DNA from: Spirochaetota bacterium
GTDB lineage: Bacteria > Spirochaetota > JAGLSM01 > JAKPMW01
NCBI GenBank assembly: GCA_031283155.1
Contig: JAITCI010000003.1
Location: forward strand, 18,205 to 82,204
DNA length: 64,000 nt
Direction of reading: 5' to 3'
The stretch's first letter is position 1; every line of letters begins with the position of its first letter. Below the pieces are notes generated by a model. It saw only the letters and a program-made list of their open reading frames with translations, was not told where the DNA came from and made no database searches. The position numbers and the translations under genes are program-made. This document shows positions 48,462-57,182 of this stretch, in pieces.

Positions 48462-50495
48462 TTGAGGAGGAGTTTCATGCTCTCGGTTTCGCGCTTTTGG
48501 GCGGCGTGCTGCGTACCCTTGAGGCATCGTACGTCTCAAGGGTATCGTGTGCTTTTAGGGTGCATAGTTCTTGCTTTGCTTCTCATTTTTGCTCTTGTCT
48601 TTTCTGAATGGACGACTATTCGCGATGAACCGCAGATACGGTCAAGCCATTTGCTGCTTGAAGACGGTACGCGGCGCGATATCACTCTGCCGTTTTTTCA
48701 GAAGAGTCCGGTTCCCCATGCAGTGTACGAGTATGCTGTGGCGATTGAGTGGCACAAAGGAGCAGCAGCCCGTTTCCGGATTATTCCCGATGATTACCTT
48801 GAGAGTATTATTGTCAATGGGCAGCTTCTTCCCGGGGAACGGTATCCTGAGCCTGGGCGCAGTGATTACACATTTGGCCTTGTGGTGGATTTTAGTTCGT
48901 ACCTCCATGATGGGGTAAACGAGCTTCTCTTCAGGATTACCGATACCGGCGGCGCGTATGGCATGAATCTTAAGGTTATTGAACTTGCGTATTCTCCTTT
49001 GCGGATTGCGGCTTTTACGATCTGTATCCTGCTCGTACTCGCGATTGTTTTTCTGATTTTGCGCTATTTTAAGAATGTGGATTGGGTCATCATCATTTTT
49101 GTCATGACAGCGCTTGTCTGGCAGCTTATTTCGCTGGCTGTACGCGCGTATTACGAGTTTGGCTTCGATCTCCACTATGGTGCCGGTATAGGGCATATCG
49201 AATATATTCAGTATATTGCGGAAAAGGGTTCTTTGCCTTCTCCTCAAGGGTGGATATCCTATCATCCGCCCCTGTATTATATCACCGCCGCCGGGGTATG
49301 GATTCTCGCAAAAGCTCTGCATCTTACCGATCCATTCAAGGCTCTCCAGATCCTTTCACTTGCGTATTATTGGATATTTCTGGTCTTCTCGCTGCGTCTT
49401 CTGAAACAGGCCATCAAACAGCCCTGGTTTTACAGGATTGCCGCAGCGCTTTTGATTTTCTGGCCCCAGGGTTTTCTGGCCGCGACGCGCATTGGAAATG
49501 ACGTGCTTCTCTTCCCACTGTTTGTGATGACGCTCTTTTATGGACAAAGGTGGCTTTCGGGCGGGAAAAACCGCGACTTGCTTCTTGCTTCGATCTTTTG
49601 CGGTTTGGGTTTGTTCACCAAAATAAGCATCTTTCCTCTTGGGGTACTGCTCGGGTGTATTATACTCTGGCGCTTACTCCGCAAGCATACAACGCTCTCT
49701 CTGTGGTATGCGATTGCGGCCATTTTCATTCTTGCGGGAAGTTTTTTTCTCTCTGGATTGAATAAGTGGGTGTATACGATTAAAACCCATAATCCCCAAT
49801 GGCTCACTTCTCCGTTCCATAATCATTGGAACGTACGGCTGAATTCCGGCTTGTATGTGGATAACTATACAATGGATTTTGTATTCCCGGATACAAAATC
49901 CTGGTTTGAGGATGTTCCCCCTGACGTCTGGCGGGATGGGGCGCGGAAACGATCGAATTTCTGGAACCATGTATTAAAGACTTTGATGCATGGACAAATT
50001 GCGTATAAAAATAATTTAAGACCTAAACTCTTAATGCCATATATGAATATACTGTTTGTTTTCCTTGTTGTTTTGGCGTGCTATGGTTTCCCGCTGTTTT
50101 GGCGTCGCCGTTTGATTCCGTATATGCCATTCAGTGCCGGTTCCTCTGCTTTGGTTTCTCGCCGGAAAAATACAGGGCAAAAACGCCTCCGGCGGATTGG
50201 CAGATGTTTTGGGCAGGCGCGGACACACTCCAAAGAAACGGATCTGCGGTTTGTACTCGCAGGTTCGGCTCTTCTTTTGATATTTTGCATGATTGCGCGC
50301 ATCCTTAAACCTACGCCCACAATTAATGACGCCCGCTATCTCATGCCTATTATACCGGCCGTGGTTCTCGCAATAGCCTATGGTCTCGCGCGTTTGCAGG
50401 ATCGCCGCTGGTTGTATATTTCCGCAAATGCTGTTGTTCTGTGTTTCATCCTTTTGTCACTGATATTTTATTTTGCACTCCCTGGATATCTCTAA
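48462..50495 (+). CDS. GT-C (ArnT/PMT-like) polytopic glycosyltransferase with N-terminal soluble domain, paralogue 1
   Basis: D...GHIEYI, YHPPLYY, RIGNDV, GLGLFTK, DARYLMP; many TM segments; start 48462 or 48477. Confidence 0.85.
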   Translation: MRRSFMLSVSRFWAACCVPLRHRTSQGYRVLLGCIVLALLLIFALVFSEWTTIRDEPQIRSSHLLLEDGTRRDITLPFFQKSPVPHAVYEYAVAIEWHKGAAARFRIIPDDYLESIIVNGQLLPGERYPEPGRSDYTFGLVVDFSSYLHDGVNELLFRITDTGGAYGMNLKVIELAYSPLRIAAFTICILLVLAIVFLILRYFKNVDWVIIIFVMTALVWQLISLAVRAYYEFGFDLHYGAGIGHIEYIQYIAEKGSLPSPQGWISYHPPLYYITAAGVWILAKALHLTDPFKALQILSLAYYWIFLVFSLRLLKQAIKQPWFYRIAAALLIFWPQGFLAATRIGNDVLLFPLFVMTLFYGQRWLSGGKNRDLLLASIFCGLGLFTKISIFPLGVLLGCIILWRLLRKHTTLSLWYAIAAIFILAGSFFLSGLNKWVYTIKTHNPQWLTSPFHNHWNVRLNSGLYVDNYTMDFVFPDTKSWFEDVPPDVWRDGARKRSNFWNHVLKTLMHGQIAYKNNLRPKLLMPYMNILFVFLVVLACYGFPLFWRRRLIPYMPFSAGSSALVSRRKNTGQKRLRRIGRCFGQARTHSKETDLRFVLAGSALLLIFCMIARILKPTPTINDARYLMPIIPAVVLAIAYGLARLQDRRWLYISANAVVLCFILLSLIFYFALPGYL

Positions 50496-50516
50496 AGAGC
50501 GCTTTTACGGAGGAAA

Positions 50517-52502
50517 ATGATGTTTGTTTTGAAACCCCGTTTGTGGGCGGCGTATCTTATGCTCTTGAAGTATCGTTTTCCCCTGGTGTGCGCTGTTTTT
50601 GCCCTGCTTCTTTTTTCCGCCCTTGCTCTTCTTGAATGGACAGCCACCCGCGATGATCCGCAGATTCGGACAAGCTTTCTTCTTCGTGAAGATGGCTCGC
50701 GGCGTGCCATCTCCCTTCCGTTTTCTGAAAAGAGTCCCGAACCGCAGGCCGTATACAGGTACAGTGTGGCGCTTGAATGGCACAAGGGAGCAAATACCCG
50801 CTTTCGGATTATTCCAGACGATTACCTCGCTGGTATTGCCGTCAACGGGAACCCCCTTCCCGAGAAGCGATATTCGGGTCCGGGAAGAAGTGATTACAAG
50901 AATGGTCTCATAGTGGATTTTGGAGGTTCTCTCCGCGATGGGATGAACGAAATTATTTTTACGGTTAATGATACAGGCGGGGCGTATGGCATGGATATGC
51001 AAAGTCTCGGAATTATGGAGTCCTCTCTGCGGATAGCCGTGTTTGTGCTCTGCATTCTGCTTGTTCTCACGCTTGCGTATCTGGTTTTGCACCGTTTCAA
51101 AGCAGATAACATTCTCATCATTCTCATTTTGGTTGCTCTCGCCTGGCAGCTTATTTCGCTGGGTGTTCGCGAACACAAAACCTATAGCTACGACCTCTAC
51201 GAAGGTGGAAATGGTCATATCAACTATATCCAGTATATAGCAAATAAGGGTTCGCTGCCTCCTCCGAATGGATGGTCATATTACCATCCGCCGTTATACT
51301 ACATCACTGGCGCCGGGGTTTGGCTGCTCGCCAAAGCTCTCCAGATAGCCGATCCATTCAAAGCCCTCCAGCTTCTCTCGCTCATATACTACTGTGTCTT
51401 TTTGGTGTATTCCCTGCGTCTTCTGGCGCAAGTTATCAGGCAGCCCTGGATGTACAGACTTGCTGCCGCGCTTTTGCTTTTCTGGCCAGCGGGGTTTTTA
51501 TGCGCATCGCGAATCGGAAACGACGCGCTCCTCTACCCGCTTTTTATGATGACGCTTTTTTATGCGCATAAATGGTATGTGGGCGAGAAGGGGCGCGATC
51601 TTTTGCTTGCCTCCATCTGCTGCGGCCTGGGATTTTTTGTCAAGATAAGCATCTTTCCTCTGGGGGTTATACTTGGCTGTCTTGTACTCTGGCGGTTATT
51701 CAGAAAACATATAACGCTTTCTCTGCGCTATGCGATTGCGATCATCCTCATTCTGGCGGGTAGTTTTTTCTTCTCTGCGTTGAATAAGTGGGTGTATGGG
51801 CTTGAAAAACACAATACAAAATGGCTCACGGCACCTTTCAATAATCTGACTTTCATAAGAGTTGACCCCAGACTTTATACAAAAGACAGGGTGGTCAACT
51901 ATATTATTCCCGATACAAGAGCCTGGTTTGAGTCGCCGTACATCAGCTCCCGTGATGACACAACGGGTCGCGCAAATTTCTGGAACTACATGGGAAAGTC
52001 TTCGATGTATGGCGAATTTTCTTTCCATGAAGCGTATCGGGAAAAGCGGCTTGCGCCGATCATGAATATTTGTTACGTTTTTCTCATTATTTTGGTGTGT
52101 TATGGCATCCCCCTATTCTGGCGCCGCCGCCGGATTCCATATACGCCAATTTGGACTAACCTCGCCGCCAATATCGATTTGGGAAGCAATGAGAGCAGGG
52201 GCTATGTCCGCCGGATTGGGAGATATCTGGGAAGGGCGCGAGCCGACGCGAAGCAGACTGATTTGCGGTTTGTACTTACAGTCTCGGTTTTTCTCCTGAT
52301 CCTGTGCATATTTACCCGAATCAATACCGCTACACCCATGACGAGCGATTTTCGCTATCTTATGCCTGTCATGCCGATGATAGTGCTTGCGGCGGCGTAT
52401 GGTCTTGAGCGCCTTCGGGAGTATCGCTGGCGTTTCATCCTGGCGAATGCTGTTATCCTGTGTTTTGCTCTTGCTTCGCTTATCTTTTATTTTGGAATAT
52501 AG
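50517..52502 (+). CDS. GT-C (ArnT/PMT-like) polytopic glycosyltransferase with N-terminal soluble domain, paralogue 2
   Basis: Collinear with paralogue 1: GHINYI, YHPPLYY, RIGNDA, DFRYLMP. Confidence 0.85.
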   Translation: MMFVLKPRLWAAYLMLLKYRFPLVCAVFALLLFSALALLEWTATRDDPQIRTSFLLREDGSRRAISLPFSEKSPEPQAVYRYSVALEWHKGANTRFRIIPDDYLAGIAVNGNPLPEKRYSGPGRSDYKNGLIVDFGGSLRDGMNEIIFTVNDTGGAYGMDMQSLGIMESSLRIAVFVLCILLVLTLAYLVLHRFKADNILIILILVALAWQLISLGVREHKTYSYDLYEGGNGHINYIQYIANKGSLPPPNGWSYYHPPLYYITGAGVWLLAKALQIADPFKALQLLSLIYYCVFLVYSLRLLAQVIRQPWMYRLAAALLLFWPAGFLCASRIGNDALLYPLFMMTLFYAHKWYVGEKGRDLLLASICCGLGFFVKISIFPLGVILGCLVLWRLFRKHITLSLRYAIAIILILAGSFFFSALNKWVYGLEKHNTKWLTAPFNNLTFIRVDPRLYTKDRVVNYIIPDTRAWFESPYISSRDDTTGRANFWNYMGKSSMYGEFSFHEAYREKRLAPIMNICYVFLIILVCYGIPLFWRRRRIPYTPIWTNLAANIDLGSNESRGYVRRIGRYLGRARADAKQTDLRFVLTVSVFLLILCIFTRINTATPMTSDFRYLMPVMPMIVLAAAYGLERLREYRWRFILANAVILCFALASLIFYFGI

Positions 52503-52518
52503 CGTAACAGGAGGTCAT

Positions 52519-53292
52519 ATGAAGGTAGTCATTCTGGCAGGCGGGTTGGGTACCCGTCTTTCCGAAGAAACCGAACTCAAACCCAAGCCCATGGTGGAAA
52601 TAGGATTCCGCCCTATTCTTTGGCATATCATGAAGATATATTCTTCATATGGATTTAACGATTTTGTGATATGCACCGGATACAAAAGCTGGTTGATTAA
52701 AGAATTTTTCCACCACTATTATCTCCATCTCGCAGACGTCACATTTGATCTTGGCAATAACTCCGTCGAGTATCATCATTCGCATGCGGAGCCCTGGCGT
52801 GTTACGCTGGTGGATACGGGTATGCAGACCATGACCGGAGGGCGGCTCGCGCGGGTACGGAAATATCTTGATAACGAACCTTTTTTTATGACTTACGGGG
52901 ATGGTGTGGGGAACGTCGATATTCGCGCATTGCTTGATTTCCATAAAAAATCCGGACGTCTTGCAACCGTAAGCGCGGCGCAGCCGGCAGGCAAGTTCGG
53001 CGCGCTCGTCATTGAACGCGATCAGGTCACTTCCTTCCGCGAAAAGCCGCTTGGGGACGACGCCTGGATCAACGCAGGATTTTTTGTACTTGAGCCCGGA
53101 ATATTTGAGTACATCCAGGGTGGTGACGCGACTGTTTGGGAGCGGGAACCGCTTGAAAACATTGCACGCGATGGACAGCTTGGTGCCTACAGGCATACCG
53201 GCTTCTGGAAACCGATGGACACGATCCGCGACAAGATCGAACTCGAAACACTTTGGAACAGCGGACGGGCTCCATGGAAAATATGGGAATGA
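52519..53292 (+). CDS. rfbF: Glucose-1-phosphate cytidylyltransferase
   Basis: LAGGLGTRLSEET..KPKPMVEIG, TMTGGRL, TYGDG, GFWKPMDT; RBS AGGAGG. Confidence 0.97.
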   Translation: MKVVILAGGLGTRLSEETELKPKPMVEIGFRPILWHIMKIYSSYGFNDFVICTGYKSWLIKEFFHHYYLHLADVTFDLGNNSVEYHHSHAEPWRVTLVDTGMQTMTGGRLARVRKYLDNEPFFMTYGDGVGNVDIRALLDFHKKSGRLATVSAAQPAGKFGALVIERDQVTSFREKPLGDDAWINAGFFVLEPGIFEYIQGGDATVWEREPLENIARDGQLGAYRHTGFWKPMDTIRDKIELETLWNSGRAPWKIWE

Positions 53293-54404
53293 GAGTACGC
53301 ATGGAAGATTATCGCTTAGCCTCATGGTACCGCGGCAAAAAAGTGTTCGTAACAGGACACACCGGCTTCAAGGGTGCTTGGCTCACGCTCTGGCTGCTTT
53401 CGCTTGGCGCAGAGGTTGCAGGCTATTCTCTTGGCCCGCCCACCGATCCTGCGCTTTTTTCCGATCTTCACATTAAGGATCGTATCCGGCACACCCCGGG
53501 CGATGTACGTGACGGCGAAAATCTTACACGCGCGCTGCTTGATTTTGAGCCTGAGATCGTTTTTCACCTCGCGGCTCAGGCGCTTGTACGGGTTTCCTAC
53601 CGAGAACCGGTTGAGAGTTTTGAAACCAATATAATGGGGACAGCGCGCTTTCTGGAGGCGGTACGAAAGGTGCCATCGGTACAGGCCGCCGTAGTGGTGA
53701 CGAGTGATAAATGCTACGAGAATCGCGAATGGGTATATGCCTACCGCGAAAACGACGCGATGGGGGGGTACGACCCCTATAGCGCAAGCAAGGGCTGCGC
53801 TGAATTGGTGACGGCGGCATACCGCAATTCGTTTTTTCGCGAAGAGGGCGCTGGTATCGCGTCGGCGCGCGCGGGCAATGTAATTGGCGGCGGGGATTGG
53901 GCGCTTGATCGTCTTGTGCCCGATTGCATCCGTGCGCTTTCGAAGGGCGAAACCATTATTTTGCGTAACCCACAGGCAACACGGCCCTGGCAGCATGTGC
54001 TTGAGCCGCTTTCCGGTTATCTGACGCTTGCCTGGCGTCTTGCGCAGGATAAACAAAGATATGCCTCCGGCTGGAATTTCGGTCCGGCGGACGCCGATGT
54101 TCTTTCGGTTCTTGATGTGGTTAAACAGGTAATTGCGCTCTGGGGGCAGGGGGGCTATGAGGTGCGTTCGCAGGGGGAACCGCACGAGGCGCAGCTTTTA
54201 CGGTTGGACATCGGGAGGGCGCGCACTCTTTTGCAATGGAAGCCCGTGTATTCCGCAGCCCTGGCCATACAGGAGAGTGTTCGATGGTATCGCGCCCGCG
54301 AAGAGGCATATTCATCGCTACCGGAGTTTACTCTTGCCCAGATTGAACGCTATGTGCAGGCTGCGCAGACAAACGGGCTATTTTGGGCTGAATGTGTTTC
54401 CTGA
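53289..54404 (+). CDS. rfbG: CDP-glucose 4,6-dehydratase
   Basis: TGHTGFKG, HLAAQALVR, TSDKCY, YSASK, RAGNVIGGGDW, RPWQHV. Confidence 0.97.
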   Translation: MRVRMEDYRLASWYRGKKVFVTGHTGFKGAWLTLWLLSLGAEVAGYSLGPPTDPALFSDLHIKDRIRHTPGDVRDGENLTRALLDFEPEIVFHLAAQALVRVSYREPVESFETNIMGTARFLEAVRKVPSVQAAVVVTSDKCYENREWVYAYRENDAMGGYDPYSASKGCAELVTAAYRNSFFREEGAGIASARAGNVIGGGDWALDRLVPDCIRALSKGETIILRNPQATRPWQHVLEPLSGYLTLAWRLAQDKQRYASGWNFGPADADVLSVLDVVKQVIALWGQGGYEVRSQGEPHEAQLLRLDIGRARTLLQWKPVYSAALAIQESVRWYRAREEAYSSLPEFTLAQIERYVQAAQTNGLFWAECVS

Positions 54405-54460
54405 CAGATTGATATAGAAATTCACTCATGGAATATACAAATTAGATTAAGGAAGGAATC

Positions 54461-55768
54461 ATGCTCCACCCTGAGATTGCGAGACTTGTTAAAGAACATT
54501 ATCAGACCAAACTTGCGCATCGCGCCTTTGTTCCCGGCAAGGACAGGGTGCATTATGCGGGGCGCGTATTTGACGCAGAGGAACTCCTCCGGCTTGTGGA
54601 GAGCAGCCTTGATTTTTGGCTGACCGAGGGGCGTTTTGCGGAAGAATTCTCGGAAAAGATCGCCGACTTTCTCGGGCGCGAAGACGTCATGCTCACAAAT
54701 TCCGGCTCTTCGGCCAATCTCCTCGCATTCGCTGCGTTGTGTTCAAAGAGATTGGGCGCTCGTCGCCTCCAAACCGGAGACGAGGTAATCGCGGTTGCGG
54801 CAGGTTTTCCGGCCACCGTTACTCCGATTCTGCAATATGGACTCGTCCCGGTGTTTGTCGACGTTGATCTCGAGACCTGCAATATCGATATCGAAATGCT
54901 TAAGAAAGCGATAAGCCCACAAACAAAATGTATTTTTCTTGCCCACACTCTCGGCAATCCCTTTGATCTGGACGCCGTACACGCCCTTTGTGAGGAACAT
55001 AATCTTTGGCTCATTGAAGACAACTGTGACGCTTTTGGGAGCCGATATAAAGAAGCGCTCACGGGTACATTCGGGCATCTCGCCACGATCTCGTTTTATC
55101 CCGCGCATCACATTACCACGGGCGAGGGCGGGGCGGTTGTGACCAATGATGAGGAGCTTGCGCGTATCGTACGCTCTCTTCGGGATTGGGGTCGCGACTG
55201 CTATTGCAACAGCGGGGAGAATAACACCTGCGGAAAGCGTTTTTCGCAGCAATTCGGAAGTCTGCCGCGCGGCTATGATCATAAGTATGTATACTCCGAG
55301 CTTGGCTATAATCTCAAGATGACCGATATGCAGGCTGCCATCGGAAGCGCGCAAATGGATAAGCTCGCGCATTTCATCCTCCGCCGAAAGGAAAATTTTC
55401 TGGCATGGCAGAGGGTCTTCCGGAAGTACGAGGATTTTTTCATCTTTGAAAAGCCAACTCCGGGCAGCGATCCCGCATGGTTTGCCTATGTTGTTACTCT
55501 CTCGGAGAAAGCCCCGTTCACCCGTGATGAATTTGTGCATGAACTCAATGAAAATTTGATTGAGACGCGGTATCTCTTCGCGGGCAATATGATACGCCAG
55601 CCATTTTTTGAGGGGATGTCGTATCGTCTCGCCGATCATCTGCATAATACGGATTATATCATGAATAATACTTTCTTTCTCGGCACCTATCCCGGACTGA
55701 CCGAAGAGATGCTCGCCTGGTGTGAGAAAATTATCGATGGATTTATGCAGAAACGCCGGAAGGGGTAG
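54461..55768 (+). CDS. rfbH: CDP-4-keto-6-deoxyglucose 3-dehydrase (E1)
   Basis: NSGSSAN, EDNCD, SFYPAHH (His in place of Lys), Fe-S motif GRDCYC..NTC, YDHKY. Confidence 0.96.
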   Translation: MLHPEIARLVKEHYQTKLAHRAFVPGKDRVHYAGRVFDAEELLRLVESSLDFWLTEGRFAEEFSEKIADFLGREDVMLTNSGSSANLLAFAALCSKRLGARRLQTGDEVIAVAAGFPATVTPILQYGLVPVFVDVDLETCNIDIEMLKKAISPQTKCIFLAHTLGNPFDLDAVHALCEEHNLWLIEDNCDAFGSRYKEALTGTFGHLATISFYPAHHITTGEGGAVVTNDEELARIVRSLRDWGRDCYCNSGENNTCGKRFSQQFGSLPRGYDHKYVYSELGYNLKMTDMQAAIGSAQMDKLAHFILRRKENFLAWQRVFRKYEDFFIFEKPTPGSDPAWFAYVVTLSEKAPFTRDEFVHELNENLIETRYLFAGNMIRQPFFEGMSYRLADHLHNTDYIMNNTFFLGTYPGLTEEMLAWCEKIIDGFMQKRRKG

Positions 55769-55771
55769 GTC

Positions 55772-56461
55772 ATGCCGCTGGTTAAAAAATATCCCTCGCG
55801 TGTTACAAAAACCGGGAATCCGCTCGAGGGGCTGTATGACGTCACTCTCGAAAGCCTCGGCCGGTCATACAGTTATCTTCCGGGGCAGTTTTTGCATCTC
55901 GCGCTGGATACGTATGACCCCTCTTCCCCCTGGCCGGAGTCGCGATGTTTTTCGATGCGGAGCGCGGCGGCAAGCGGCTCTATCCGGCTTACCTTTGCGG
56001 TTAAGGGGAATTTCACGCGCCGTATGGCAGCAGAACTTCTGCCCGGGAAAGAGGTCGTAGTCAAGCTGCCTTATGGGGAGCTTTTTTCACGGGCGCATGA
56101 TCGCGCGCGCACTGTTTTTATTGCGGGCGGAACCGGGGTTGTCCCCTTTCTCTCGCTATTTTCTGATCCGTCTTTTGATGTATACGAGAACCCATGCCTC
56201 TGGCTCGGGGTTCGCGAGGAACGTTATCATATATACGGTGCAGAGCTTCAGGACGCCCGGAAGCGCAATATGAGTTTTCATGTACACACGGTTTGCCAGG
56301 ACAGGGAAGGTGTACTCGATATCGCAAAGATTTTTTCAAACCATGGGCAGGCTGCGACTTATTTTATTTCCGGTCCGCCAATAATGATTAAGGGTTTCAG
56401 AGACTATCTCCTCGCGCATGGGCTTACCGCAGAACAGGTGTGTACCGACGACTGGGAGTAA
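55772..56461 (+). CDS. Ferredoxin-NAD(P) reductase-like flavoprotein without Fe-S domain
   Basis: PGQF, RCFS, G.FT, LPYG, IAGGTGVVPF, ISGPP.M. Confidence 0.88.
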   Translation: MPLVKKYPSRVTKTGNPLEGLYDVTLESLGRSYSYLPGQFLHLALDTYDPSSPWPESRCFSMRSAAASGSIRLTFAVKGNFTRRMAAELLPGKEVVVKLPYGELFSRAHDRARTVFIAGGTGVVPFLSLFSDPSFDVYENPCLWLGVREERYHIYGAELQDARKRNMSFHVHTVCQDREGVLDIAKIFSNHGQAATYFISGPPIMIKGFRDYLLAHGLTAEQVCTDDWE

Positions 56462-56465
56462 TGCC

Positions 56466-57167
56466 ATGCTGCGCGCGGTTTTTCTTGATTTTGACGGTGT
56501 GATCAAGGAATCCCTTGGCGTTAAAACAGCCGCCTTTGCCGCGATCTTTGCGCCCTGGGGGAAAGAGGCATCTGCCAGGGTATGCGCGCACCATATAGCA
56601 AACGGCGGCATATCGCGCTATCGTAAAATTCCGATGTATCTTCGCGAATATTGCGCCGATCCAAGGGTGGGGACGCCGGACGAACAGACGCTTGTGGATG
56701 AGCTGCTTGCGGATTTTGCAAACAGGGTGTATGCTGGAGTTCTGGCTGCGCCTTTTGTTCCCGGTGTTGAAAATTTCATCCGCGATTGCAATACTCAGGG
56801 TATTCCGCTGGCGGTGGTAAGCGGTACCCCCGAGGAAGAGATGCGCTCGCTCATTGCGGATATGGGGATGCGCGTCAATTTTGCGGCGATTTATGGCTCT
56901 CCGCGCGGCAAGAAAGAACTCCTTCTTGCCGCTCTGCACGACTTTGCGTTACAGCCCGGGGAAACGGTTTTTGTGGGCGATTCCATAAACGATTATACAC
57001 CGGCTGTCGAACTGGGCATACCTTTTGCGGCGCGGATCGCAAGCGAGGACATGGATCCTTTTCCTGAAAATGTATTTCGCATATCTGATTTTACAGCGAT
57101 CACGGCAGTAGATATCCATAAGTCGGCAGTAAATGATGACTGTATCAGGTATCATTCAAGCTCCTGA
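56466..57167 (+). CDS. HAD-superfamily phosphatase
   Basis: LDFDGVI, VVSGTP, GSP..K, FVGDSIND. Confidence 0.92.
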   Translation: MLRAVFLDFDGVIKESLGVKTAAFAAIFAPWGKEASARVCAHHIANGGISRYRKIPMYLREYCADPRVGTPDEQTLVDELLADFANRVYAGVLAAPFVPGVENFIRDCNTQGIPLAVVSGTPEEEMRSLIADMGMRVNFAAIYGSPRGKKELLLAALHDFALQPGETVFVGDSINDYTPAVELGIPFAARIASEDMDPFPENVFRISDFTAITAVDIHKSAVNDDCIRYHSSS

Positions 57168-57182
57168 AGTAATATACGACAG

